64,000 nt of DNA, taken from contig NC_090294.1 of NCBI RefSeq assembly GCF_037392515.1, positions 7,329,870 to 7,393,869 on the forward strand, read 5' to 3'. Below, piece by piece: positions 25,386-36,797 of this stretch. The position numbers and the translations under genes are program-made. The stretch's first letter is position 1; the number at the start of each line of letters is the position of its first letter. This DNA comes from Haliotis asinina. Its lineage: Eukaryota. The notes beneath the pieces were generated by a model, which saw only the letters and a program-made list of their open reading frames with translations, was not told where the DNA came from and did not search any database.

Positions 25386-27486
25386 GTTGGAAGTTTTTGG
25401 CCGTGTTTGTCATTATTTGACTTTCTTAGAACTGTTCTCGTTTTACAAACGTGTTATTGACTGAGTGGGTATTTTTTCATCTGTTCATGATTTCAAATAC
25501 ACTCCAATCACCCTTTATCTCAGACATTAGTTACATGTCGATCAAACTGTGTGCATTCATGTATACTAACATCGTCCATAGTATAATCCATTAGCAATCC
25601 GTTAGCATGTAAGAGAAAGGGGAAGGAAGGTAGGCAGGACTCCTTGAAGCTAAGGTGTCATAATGTTTAATAAAATTCCAATCACCAACGACCTGTGCAA
25701 ACACCGCTCGGTTCAGCTAAGGCCACTAAAGTGTAAGTGTTCCTGGCAATTGGAACAACGGGTTCTTGTTCTTTAAGAACATTTGTCACGTGGTATCAAA
25801 TTGTATTTGATTCGTTGTTATCAGCTTTGGAAGAGACTGAATCCAAATGAAATCAAGTAACTTCTACTTATAAATCTATACACGGCCCTCCTGTTCGGGA
25901 GGAAACGGGAGGAATCTTCTATGCAGATGAAAGTATCTGTTTATTTTAGTTCAACGTCGTGGTCAACAATTTTGCAACCATGAGACCGCGATCTCTAAAT
26001 ACTCGAATCTGAACCTGGGAATATGCGGACCTCGGACCGACATCATGGGTATCTATCTACGTACTGGTAATACAATGTCAAGCAACCAAGTCGGCGACCC
26101 TGTGGCCATCCAATCTCACCGTCAAAGCATGTGTTGAGGACGACCAAATCACACCCAGGCTAGTGAGTCTACCTGTCTACCTGTACGTCGCTTTCAGCAC
26201 TATTCCAGCTGATTATTATATCTGTAAATTATACAGTTCTGAACTCAGGACCCGAACCCCCACGGGTTACCACTTATGCAGATACAGGCATCTTCAACGA
26301 AGGTGACAGTGACATCTACGTAGGCAAGATGTGTGCGACATGGTCGCGGTTGATAGCGCAAAGTTCACGCTTTCTAACTTGGCGTGAAGTGGGCAGGCAG
26401 GACATTGTCCCGACTTGTTCACGTGGTCATAACTGCACGACTTCCGGCATAGTTTGCGTACGGCTGGAATAGTTTGCGCATGTCATCAACTTGATGCGCA
26501 TTGGGTACGCCTTCTTCGCGCATTGTTTGCGCACAAATCAGCGATGCACATAAAGGAGAGACCATCACCAGTCCCCACATTCTTCAGCTCGACAGCGATC
26601 AGTCAAGAAGATGCCTGCGAAGAAGACGACCCGAAGGAGAGCAAGACCAACAGTGGATAGAAAAGATCGTACAAGAACCAGAGACACAGAGAAGGCTGGA
26701 CACCGAGGTTGCCGAGAGGGAGAAGGATGATTCTCCCGATTCAGAGGACAGTAGCATCTGGCTGTCACCGTCTTCCAAGGATGTGGACACTCCTCTCATG
26801 ATGTATCCACTGTATTCCGTACTCCCTGAAACAAGTTTCACGAAACTGAACTCGTAGGTAAATGACTAGATAACCCCTGATCTAAGGCAGTTCCCTATGT
26901 TGCTGCCGTTGCTCATGGAAAGCTAAGAGGGACAGACATTTATTGCACAAGTGTTGAGACAACGGCCAGAGAGGAAAACTAATGTGAATAGTTAAGCATA
27001 GTCGTGACGGCATGAGCATTACGGTAAATACCTGTCTATAGTCAATATGTGATCCCCTCCCTTGCTGAGTGTCAGATCACCCTCTTATACAATGATGTCA
27101 AATAAAACAAACACGAAAATAGCGTGCAAGTAATTGAACCTTCATACTTGAAGTTGAGTGGCACACATACTTTAAGTTGGCTCTAACCTAACCTCTACAT
27201 CAAAATATCCCGCTGAGCTTCTGTATCATTCACATTGTTGACTGAACAGTTTTCTTGATCAGTGACCACTTGGCATTGGATTAATAGTTGAATAAGTGAG
27301 TGAGTGAAATCTCAGCTCTTGTGTAATCTCTATTCAAATATTAGTTAACTTGTTGTTGGCATTGCTTGATTTAACAACTTTCATCTAACAAACTGCTGAA
27401 GGTAGATATTCGTTACAAATATCACAGACTTAGTGACACATACCTGAACAAAGGAATTATCAGTTGAAAAACCATTATCTTTCTAA

Positions 27487-27530
27487 ATTGTTTGACTCCC
27501 CCCCCCCCCCCCACACACACACACACATAT
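27487..27530. repeat. Homopolymer C(15) followed by (CA)n microsatellite
   Basis: cccccccccccccccacacacacacacacat read directly. Confidence 0.9.
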
Positions 27531-27599
27531 TTGAAAGGACAAATCATCTGACAGTTACTTAATGTTTTTGTGACTAAGTTTGAGTTATTTCCGTGGAAA

Positions 27600-28650
27600 T
27601 CATTAATAATATAAATGCCATATACCTGTAAACAGCAAAGGGCACCTCATGATCTTTTCTCATATATCTGCCAAAATCTGTTGAAAGATATCAAATGGTT
27701 TTCGAGTTGTGCTCCGGAAACGAGGTCCGAATTGTTTCCATGGACACCCAGAAAATGACGAATCACAAAAACCTGTAAATAGTGAAAGGCACCACTTTGG
27801 GGTCTGCCATACATATCTGCCAAGTTTTGCTGATAGATATTCAGAATGTTTTTAGTTATGCTCCGGAAACGAAGCCCATTCCTTCATTTTCAGACAAAGT
27901 CCGAATTGTTTCAATGGAACCCGAGAAAATGATAAATCACAAAAACCTGTACATAGCAAAAGGCACCACTTTGGGGTCTGCAACACACATCTGCCAAGTT
28001 TTACTAACAGATATTAAGAAGTTTTTGAGTTCTGCTCCAGAAACGAAACACACCTCTCACTTTTCAGTCTAGGTCAGAAACATTTCCATGGAAACCGAGA
28101 AAATAATACATCACAAGATCCTGTACATAGCAAAAGGCATCACTTCAGCTTCTGACTGATATATTTACCAAGTTCTGCAGAAACATATTGAAAGGCTTTT
28201 GAGTTCTGCTCCAGAAACAAAGCCCACCCCACCATAAGACCAACACCAAAATGTTCCATGGAAAAACAAAAAAAAAATATAAATGCCAAAAATCTGTAAA
28301 TAGCAAAAGGCACAAGCATAGGCTGAGATTACTATATCTATCAAGTTTGGTCTGAAAACATTTAACGGTTTATGAGTTACGCTCCGGAAACAATATGATT
28401 ACGGACGGACAGACGAGGCGTCGACTACATCCCCCCGCATTACATGCCGGGGGGATAAAAACGCCAAAAATCTGTAAATAGCAAAAGGAACAACCATAGG
28501 TTAAGATTACTATATCAAGTTTCGTCTAAAGATACTGGAGGTTTCTGAGTTATGCTCCAGAAACAAAATGATTACAGACGCAAGGATGGATGGGTGGAAG
28601 ACGAGGCCTGGACTATATCCTCCCGCATTACATGCTGGGGGGGGGGGGAT
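27600..28650. repeat. Diverged about 165-175-bp satellite-like tandem repeat, 6 units (conserved core cctgtaaatagcaaaaggcac ... gttatgctccggaaacga ... ccatggaaa)
   Basis: Units begin near 27600, 27771, 27946, 28111, 28285, 28461, at about 70-85% identity. The last two units each end in a C6/G6-stem hairpin (atccccccgcattacatgccggggggat at 28429-28456; a weaker copy at 28617-28650). Confidence 0.75.
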
Positions 28651-29753
28651 AAAAAAAACAGAGTCAGACTGACCCCAAATATAAATGTGCAGGGAGATAC
28701 ACTGAGAAGGACAAAGCCATGATTGCAACTTGGAACAATTTATTTACATCATGATATTTCAGAAGGACAGGTCAAGTTCAAAAGTAGTATTCTAAAGCAC
28801 TGGAGATGGTTTATTGAGACAACCAATGAAATGAGAAGATGTTTTTAAAATGTTTAACAGATAATGAACCAAGATGGCAACATGGATACTGTTGACGATA
28901 AACATGTATCAAACTGGCCTAAACTGTGCAAACAGTATCTGAGTTCTCTCCCTTGATCCACAGCAGCCTCAGTCCCGCAGCATGTTCTAAACAGGTCAAA
29001 GTGACTGTAAGATGTTTAACACATGAAAGCAAAGAAATTACAGGAACAAGCACTAAAACTGCATTGTGTCACACAAACATAATGCATAAGGAAACCTCTT
29101 CAGACACCATTTAAAACTAATAAGTACAATACTGATGTTAGATATGAGACAAATTAATCCCTTGTCTGCCTTTTTCTTCAGGGCTCAACTGACATGTTTC
29201 CTGAGTTAAACTGAATATTGTTAATGAATTAACAAATATGGAACAAAAAATATAACAAAACATTATCTGTCAATTTCACTTAAATAAACGTTCAAATGCA
29301 AAGCATACCTGTATTTTCAGCCCCCACACAACCACTCAAAGCTTTTTTCTGATACATGAATAGTAAATACTTATGAACATCCCCTAGATATATCCAATGT
29401 GTGTTTCGTTTACCAGATCAACAAATACAATGTATATGCACAAATAAAACATTGCCTACCCACTCTAACCATCCAAGAAACATTCAGTAAATCTTACATT
29501 TTTCCACTGAGATCTGCTGTCACCATTTCTTGCACACTTTGACTTATCTTTAGCACTATAATGTTAGCAAACCCTGAAACAACATCGACACCAAATCTAC
29601 AGAGAATTCCCAAGTACAAGACACAGTCAAGGGACTGGAAAGTCAATCAGACTGACATTACCACAATGTCTGATCATGTCAGTAATATCTGCTTTTGTTT
29701 TATAATGTCTAGTGACAACATCTGGTGTTTCTGTTTTGTGATAATGTTGGCAA

Positions 29754-30522
29754 TCACTGGCGCCGGATCCTGCGTCTCTGTCCACCACTGTAAGGCTGGT
29801 ACCGACAACGGTTGAAATCCACATGCCAAGTCATCTGTTCAAAGTTACTATGGGTGTAGGGTTGCCACTGGAAGCTGCTGTCATCCATGATTCTGCCATA
29901 CCCACAATCATTTCTCAGCTTCCTGTTAGTCTCCATTGTCTGTCTATTTAGAGTGCCGCGGTTGATGTTCATGGGGTTTATGTCCTTCAACATTCTGTTC
30001 ACATCAAGATTCAGAGGACGACGCAGGGGCCGAAGAGGCTGTTCCTGTCTGTTCAAAGCCTGAGTTAAGGTTCGGGAAGGAATGGGGTTACATCCAAAAC
30101 GGAATATCTCAGGGTTCTTTTCCTGTTTTTTCTGGACATTGCCAGGGAGACGGAAGCCCCAGGCATCTGAGATGTGAGTCAGCAGCAGGTTGGTAATGCG
30201 ACGATGAGCCGTCATGTCCCAGTGTATGCCATCATCAGCACGACGGTGAAGTTGATACCGCAGGAAGTAATGCAGGTCAAGAACATCAAAGCCATTTTCA
30301 ACCACAACCTTAGCTGCATAATAGTTGGCTTCCAGGATGTCTAAACGCAGAGTGGAGTTCATGAATTCAATCTCAGGGATTATGAAACCACCTCGAGCAT
30401 TCTTTGAAATGGGAAGTGTAGTGTTCCAGATCACCAGACAGTCTGCAGGAAGCACCTCCTTGAACCGCCTGAACAATGTCTTCAGGTTCTCTTTGTACTC
30501 ATCAATAGCTTTAACACCGTAC
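29754..30522 (-). CDS. PCED1: PCED1 homolog, terminal coding exon: (R)YGVKAIDEYKENLKTLFRRFKEVLPADCLVIWNTTLPISKNARGGFIIPEIEF...DGIHWDMTAHRRITNLLLTHISDAWGFRLPG...RRQ*
   Basis: Acceptor tttctgtgttgcag|GTACGG at 30522. AG from exon 3 plus G gives Arg, so the junction reads WDISRYG as in PCED1A/B. Stop TGA is at 29756-29754. The tail resembles HWN..AHR.LSQLLLAHVADAWG. ORF 29754..30572(-), 272 aa, is the longest ORF in the window. Confidence 0.85.
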
Positions 30523-31507
30523 CTGCAACACAGAAACATATGATCTAACAAACCATGTACATTTGCTAACAATTACTTTAAAACTCACTAGTTGTGGAAG
30601 CTCTTAGTCTATACTGGTCCCAAGCAACAAAAGATGGACATAATTTAACAGATCAGGTTGTCAGGCAGGATGACCAAATTGTACCAGATTCTAAATGCCA
30701 TAAGTCTATATCAACACGTGTGGTATTAATTACACTCCTCACAAAAAGTTAAGAAACACAAAATTTTAGTCTAATTACATTTTCATATCATGGAATGATG
30801 CAATAGAAACGTCAAACAAATGTACACACGATTAACAAAATGAAATGAAATGGTATTGAGCAATAACAGACTTACAGATCATCAAAAGCATGTCCCATAA
30901 AACAGTTGTGCAAAATGTGTTGCACTGAAATAATGGAGCAAACTGATACGATCTTTGACAATGAAGCAGTGTTCAGAAACGTGTATGACCACCATTCACA
31001 CACGAATACAAGCTTTTACACATCTTTGCATTGACCAAAAAAGCCTTGTAAGTTGTTGCTGTGGAATGTTCAGCAATTCTCTGGAATGCCTGCTCAAGGT
31101 CATCAAGGGTCTGTGGGTAAACATGGAGACCATGAACACCAAGCTCAAGCATGTTCAGTGAGCTTACGATCAGGCCGAGATTTCTCGAAACAAACTTAAA
31201 TCTGAGTTTTGACTTAACTTCAAGTTTTTGCTCAAATCTGAGAAAGCGCAGGGACACGCATTTTACAGAATGAACGGAAATCGGTATCAAACTCAAACTT
31301 AGTAGACAATCTGAGTTTGGTGGGCAGATTTCTTTAGCTATTTGGACTTTTTCATTTAAAAACATGCAGCTGAGTTAAAAATTCAGGTGTTTCAAATTGT
31401 CAAACTCAGTTTCAGATTTCAGTGAAAACTTAAGTTTGTTTCGAGACCCCTGCAGATCATTCCATATGTGTGATGGTGTTGATCTAAACATCATTAACAA
31501 CTCTTTC

Positions 31508-32007
31508 TCAGGCATTATCCTCCATGGACAGGTTCTATCCTCCATGGACAGGTTCTATCCTCCATGGACAGGTTCTATCCTCCATGGACAGGTTCTATCC
31601 TCCATGGACAGGTTCTATCCTCCATGGACAGGTTCTATCCTCCATGGACAGGTTCTATCCTCCATGGACAGGTTCTATCATCCATGGACAGGTTCTATCC
31701 TCCATGGACAGGTTCTATCATCCATGGACAGGTTCTATCATCCATGGACAGGTTCTATCATCCATGGACAGGTTCTATCCTCCATGGACAGGTTCTATCA
31801 TCCATGGACAGGTTCTATCATCCATGGACAGGTTCTATCATCCATGGACAGGTTCTATCATCCATGGACAGGTTCTATCCTCCATGGACAGGTTCTATCC
31901 TCCATGGACAGGTTCTATCATCCATGGACAGGTTCTATCCTCCATGGACAGGTTCTATCATCCATGGACAGGTTCTATCATCCATGGACAGGTTCTATCA
32001 CCCATGA
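31508..32007. repeat. 20-bp minisatellite (tccatggacaggttctatcc / ...tatca variants), about 25 units, in the PCED1 intron
   Basis: Perfect 20-bp periodicity read directly. It produces the artefactual ORFs 31397..32059, 31524..32165, 31564..32007 (all (+) strand). Confidence 0.95.
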
Positions 32008-32527
32008 AAATGAAGTTAGGACCTGCTTGTTGTACCAGAGAGATATCATTAAAGCTTGATTTAAACCAATCAGGGTGCATGTGTAAAGAGTGGAGCGCAT
32101 CTATGCCACACATTTTGCATGTTTCAGTGGGTGTTTGTGTTCGGGTGATGTTGTCAATGTTATAAGATAAATTAATTTTACAATCACTAAAGCGTAAAAT
32201 GGTTAAGTATTCTTTGCGCATTTAAATTTCAATTAACATGTAGGCGAAAAAGGCCATCGAGATTAATAAAGATACTGCACTAAATTCTTGCTGCATAATT
32301 TTTTGTGAGGAGTATAGATCACAAACACACAAAAGAACAGTCCATCATTATCTATGAAGGACGGGTTGATTGAACACTTATTATTAACCAATGATGTTTC
32401 AGGATTAAAGAATTCATGTTAGGATAACAATCATTTCTAGAAATGATCAGGGTCTTTATATATCAGTGAATTATTTACATAGTCAGACACCACAAAGAGC
32501 CTCACTGGGTCACAGCTATTTAGTTTG

Positions 32528-32768
32528 GTGTGGGAGGGAAGCAAGCTAAAGTCAGTGAGTGAGTGAGTGAGTGAGAGTGAGTGAGCGAGTGGATGAATAA
32601 GTATGATTTTATACCGCTTTTAGTAATATTCCAGCAATATCACATTGGGTGACAGAGAAATGGGATTTACACATTTTACTCATGTCAGGAATCAGACCCA
32701 CGTCTTCAGCAGGACAAGCAAACACCTTAACCACCAGGCTACCCCAGTGCCCTGACCGACTATCAAAA
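32528..32768 (-). mobile_element. tRNA-derived SINE with (TCAC)n tail, inserted in the PCED1 intron 10 bp downstream of the exon-3 donor
   Basis: The reverse complement reads ggggtagcctggtggttaaggtg (A-box-like) ... gggtctgattcctg (B-box-like) ... ccatttctctgtcacccaatgtgatattgctggaatattactaaaagcggtataaaatcatact ... (cactc)n. It accounts for the ORF 32609..33088 extension past DISR ([30 protein letters not shown]...). Confidence 0.7.
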
Positions 32769-32774
32769 GCATAC

Positions 32775-33007
32775 CTGCTGATATCCCACAGACAGGAGTT
32801 GAGGATCACAACATCAGGCCTTGGTTCATCACTCAGGTCAGCCAGAATACTCTCCATGTAAGCATTGTAGCAACGGCACACAAAGTAGAATCGGACAAGG
32901 TGGTAGTCCGACAGGTACTGTCGCACCTCACGGTAGTTGATGCCATTGCTCATCTTGCCCTTCTTCCCTCCCTCAATCAGCTCATCCCTCTCAAAGGTCA
33001 TCTCACC
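32775..33007 (-). CDS. PCED1: PCED1 homolog, coding exon 3: [77 protein letters not shown](R)
   Basis: Acceptor ctctcaccttgatgcag|GGTGAG at 33007 and donor CAGCAG|GTATGC at 32775. It enters in phase 0 from exon 2 and is 233 nt (77 codons + 2). Coordinates were calibrated against ORF 32609..33088. Confidence 0.8.
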
Positions 33008-33084
33008 CTGCATCAAGGTGAGAGGTGAAAGTTCATAAGTAGAGAACACAAAAACTGTAAAGGTATGAACAGGTAATGAGGCAT

Positions 33085-33600
33085 ACAAGTAGTAGCATAG
33101 GGAATGGGGGTTTTAAATCGCACAGCCAAATCGGAAACTACTCAAGTTGACGAGTCAGTAATGAGGTATACAAGTTGACGAGTCAGTAATGAGGCATACA
33201 AGTTGGTGAGTCAGTAATGAGGCATACAAGTAGTAGCATAGGGAATGGGGGTTTTAAATCGCACAGCCAAATCGGAAACTACTCAAATTGACGAGTCAGT
33301 AATGAGGCATACAAGTTGACGAGTCAGTAATGAGGCATACAAGTTGGTGAGTCAGTAATGATTCATACCAGTTGGTGAGTCAGTAATGAGGCATACAAAT
33401 TGGTGAGTCAGTAATGAGGCATACAAGTAGTAGCATAGGGAATGGGGGTTCTAAATCGCACAGCCAAATCGGAAACTACTCAAGTTGACAAGTCAGTAAT
33501 GAGGCACACAAGTTGGTGAGTCAGTAATGAGGCATACAAGTTGGTGAGTCAGTAATGATTCATACAAGTTGGTGAGTCAGTAATGGCTCATACAAACTCT
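33085..33600. repeat. Higher-order tandem repeat (about 27-bp subunit gttgacgagtcagtaatgaggcatacaa nested in an about 175-bp unit containing agtagtagcatagggaatgggggttttaaatcgcacagccaaatcggaaactactcaag), in the PCED1 intron
   Basis: Subunit and unit recurrences read directly (33090, 33230, 33415). Confidence 0.8.
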
Positions 33601-35758
33601 ATGGATGACAACTACTTCTTTACGTCATAGAGTGAGGTAGATTCTTACACCACTATCAAGCTAAAGGCTACACCAAAACATCTGTCTATGTAATAAACAA
33701 GAAATAACCAAGAATGCCTTATAACATAGTCACCAACATAAAATGCTGGTCAAACATTAAGGAAAAAACAGATATCAGTGTCTTAATGGCAGCTAATATT
33801 TTCAACCTCTTGTTGACGAGTGGGTATTGTGTTTGCTTGTTCTCGTTTTCTGAGAAATTATCAGTTTCATCACAAAATCCAATGATTCTCTGGGCTACAT
33901 GTGTTAATTTTTGTGGAATTTTCAAACACTTGTTTTTGATGGTTGCATTAGTTTTGGGGTAATTCTTGGGTTGATCACAATGATCCATTTACAATATGTC
34001 AGGTCCAGAACACGGAAATGATACTGTTGTATGGCCAGACAAAAAAATATTCTGGTCCAATGACACCTCTTTACAATTTAGGAGAGATAAGTATGATTTT
34101 TTAAAAATACTTTTTAGAAGTAAAGTTCATACTAAAACCACATATATATCTGTGTGTAATTGTCAATTCAATCAAGCTTGCAGTCATCAAATCAACCATC
34201 TCTTTCAGAATGACCTAAGTTGGTGACAGGGAAAAACAATGGTATATGAGAGCTTATTTTATTCATAACACTTAAAAAATTAACTTAGCACAAGAATTTA
34301 GTTGTCGGATGAATAATCAGAAGTACAACATTTATTGTTTTAGGCCTAATGTTAGGATATAATGGGCCTGTTTCTCTTTAGTCTATGATGACATTTTAAG
34401 TTATATTGTAGCTATGTAAGAACCTCATCTGTTTCCTTACATCTCAATATTTCTACGGTACATTCCTGATTAAAAACAAACATGAAAATGATAAATCCAT
34501 TATTCTTCACTGTTCATGACTATGTTTGGGATACAGAGATTGCATGAACAACATGTACTGAGTCAGAACAATATCAAAAGCATTTTTACGTAATTAACAC
34601 GTGTACATCCAAAGGATTGTTCTGTCAGCCTTAGGCTCCATTCATAATTCATGTCTGATTATGGGTGATGATTTTTATGGAGCATGTACTATGTGTATGA
34701 CAACACAATACCCAAAACACCTCCTTCTAACATTATATGAAATTTCTGACACCTTTTCCCCTCCCCAACCCTGTACATGTTTACAAAAGTGATGACTCCC
34801 CAACCCTCTAACAAAACGGGTGACCCACCACCCAGTCATCTCATCATCATCAAACCGTTCCCCCAATCCCACTCCCCCTCCTCCCCCATCCACCCAAAAA
34901 TCATACATTATGAACAGTTCCTTCTGACATGTAACACATTTCTTATTCCTGAAGTTAGCAGTATTGTCTTTATCAACCATTTTTTAACATGAGGGAGTGA
35001 GATCTTAATTATATATAAAAATGTCTTGTTGGATGATGCACTCAAAAATACTGGTATGTATGTACAAAGTATGTTACTACACTTTGTGGGTCCAGAGATC
35101 ATAGGCTTAGGTTAGGATATGTTAGGATTAGGTTAGAGTTAAGGGTTAGTGTTAGCGTTTCGTTTAACTGCTGAGGGTAGGGACCCACAAGTGCACATCT
35201 CCCCATAAATAGGCCTATAAATATATGAGTCTTGACCAGACAATCCAGTGGTCCAATACAGTGAGTAACAATCCACAAAATTGTGGTATGATGGCGATCA
35301 GCCCTGGAATATTTACAGTAGTGTTGGAAATTGGTTGAAATATCACAATTGATGATTGCTTCATTACTACCAAGGAATTATTCTCATTTTTCAGATTTTC
35401 CTATCCAGGTTGTTATTGCAGATAGTATAACATGATGCAACTTCCTACTTGAAAACTGATGACCAGTATATCGTGAACATAAAGTCTTCAAGAAATATTC
35501 AGTTAGTGAAGTGAGTTTTCTAATAATAAACAAATTTTCAGACCCTGACAACTTCAAGCATATTTTCCATGGCCAAGTGTTTCAAAGACTAAAACAGTAG
35601 CTCCCGGAGCATTTGTGTTTGATTATGAGAAAATGTGAGCGATTGTCTGGTTAATGAGACCAATATTTGATTATTTCAGTTAATGGAACACCACTTTGCA
35701 ACACAGAAGCCAGCATCTCCTATGGGCATGTCACGCATGCAACACATGCAATGGTTAC

Positions 35759-35838
35759 CTTGTTGCGGAGGTTGCTATCAGACAGGTATCTGTTCTTCTG
35801 GAGCAGGAGCACCAGATCCTTATACACAGCTCGCTGTA
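35759..35838 (-). CDS. PCED1: PCED1 homolog, coding exon 2: (I)QRAVYKDLVLLLQKNRYLSDSNLRNK
   Basis: Acceptor ttcttgcag|TACAGCG at 35838 and donor AAG|GTAACC at 35759. The 80-nt exon is phase-compatible with exon 1 (A+TA gives Ile). The family-defining motif IQRAVYKDLVLLLQ is present. Confidence 0.75.
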
Positions 35839-36721
35839 CTGCAAGAACCAATACCATGGATATTTGTATCATCTAAACCACTTACAACTTTTCAGCATCT
35901 CATCTGCTTCCCACTTAATGTTGAAAAAACCCACCTTATTATGCCACATACAGTCATAGACAAGGGGTGGCCTTGAGATACTCAGATGGTAACTGTGGAC
36001 AACTCTAAGATCCTGGGCCTCCTTTCACCAAAAACTATGGTAATCGTAAGTCACTAAGGTAACCATAGAGCAATGTCAAAGAATGGAAGTTAAGGTTAAC
36101 TTGCTTTGCTTTGTGAAAGGAGCCCTAGATCAGGAAAGCATGATTAAATCCTTAAACAAAATACACTTTCTTTCTGTGACAGTCTTTTCTGGCTTTGGTG
36201 AGAGCATGTACAATGATTTTCTTTCGGGAAAATTATCAGTTTGAAAATTACATAACAGTAAAATTAGAACTGAAGAGTCACACTTAAGCAGGGTTTGAGT
36301 TTTGTTCTTTTCCACTGAGTCTCTCTACAGCAGTATTTCAGATTTGTCTACCAAGTCTCTCAATATAATGAATCATTTCAGATTTGTTCTTTCACACAGT
36401 GTCTCTAGAGCATTATTTTGGATTTGTTCTTTTCAGCATTACTCCATTGCTGGGTTTCAGATTTGTTCTTTTACATGAACTCATTCTGTTGCAAGATTTC
36501 ATAATTGTTCTTTATGAAAAGAGTCAATCTACAAGCGTCTGAGGTCTACCATGGGAGTTTCAATCACCTTAGTGCTAGAAATCTATTCACACAACTGCAC
36601 TCTGTGTTACCCTCCAGTTCATGGACACCAAAAATGTTCTGAACTGTTTCTGTAAGTGTAATGACAAGGACTCCCTGGCTTTCATGGTGTCTTTTGCTCA
36701 TTGGTTACTGTATACACTTAC

Positions 36722-36797
36722 TTGAGTCCCCAATGATGACCACAAACTTGTTGTATAAGAGTTTCTCTGCATCCTGACGAAAGAATATGTCCCCCAT
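36722..36797 (-). CDS. PCED1: PC-esterase domain-containing protein 1 (PCED1/FAM113) homolog, coding exon 1: MGDIFFRQDAEKLLYNKFVVIIGDS(+1 nt)
   Basis: Minus-strand ATG at 36797-36795, preceded by an acceptor-like tttcag. The exon ends at donor CAA|GTAAGTG. The N-terminal motif LLYNKFVVIIGDS matches the PCED1 family (LLHNKFVVVLGDS). No ORF-track calibration was available here, so allow +/-1 nt. Confidence 0.65.

Noticed and set aside
31397-32165. Three overlapping 147-220-aa plus-strand ORFs (…MDRFYPPWTGSILHGQVLSS… repeated)
   Set aside because: They are pure translation of a 20-bp minisatellite. 20 is not a multiple of 3, so all three frames stay open. The segment lies inside a PCED1 intron.
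32609-32775. Apparent continuation of PCED1 exon 3 (…[34 protein letters not shown]…)
   Set aside because: The sequence after DISR is a tRNA-derived SINE (minus strand). A GT donor sits exactly after DISR, and the next exon restores the family motif RYGVKAI.
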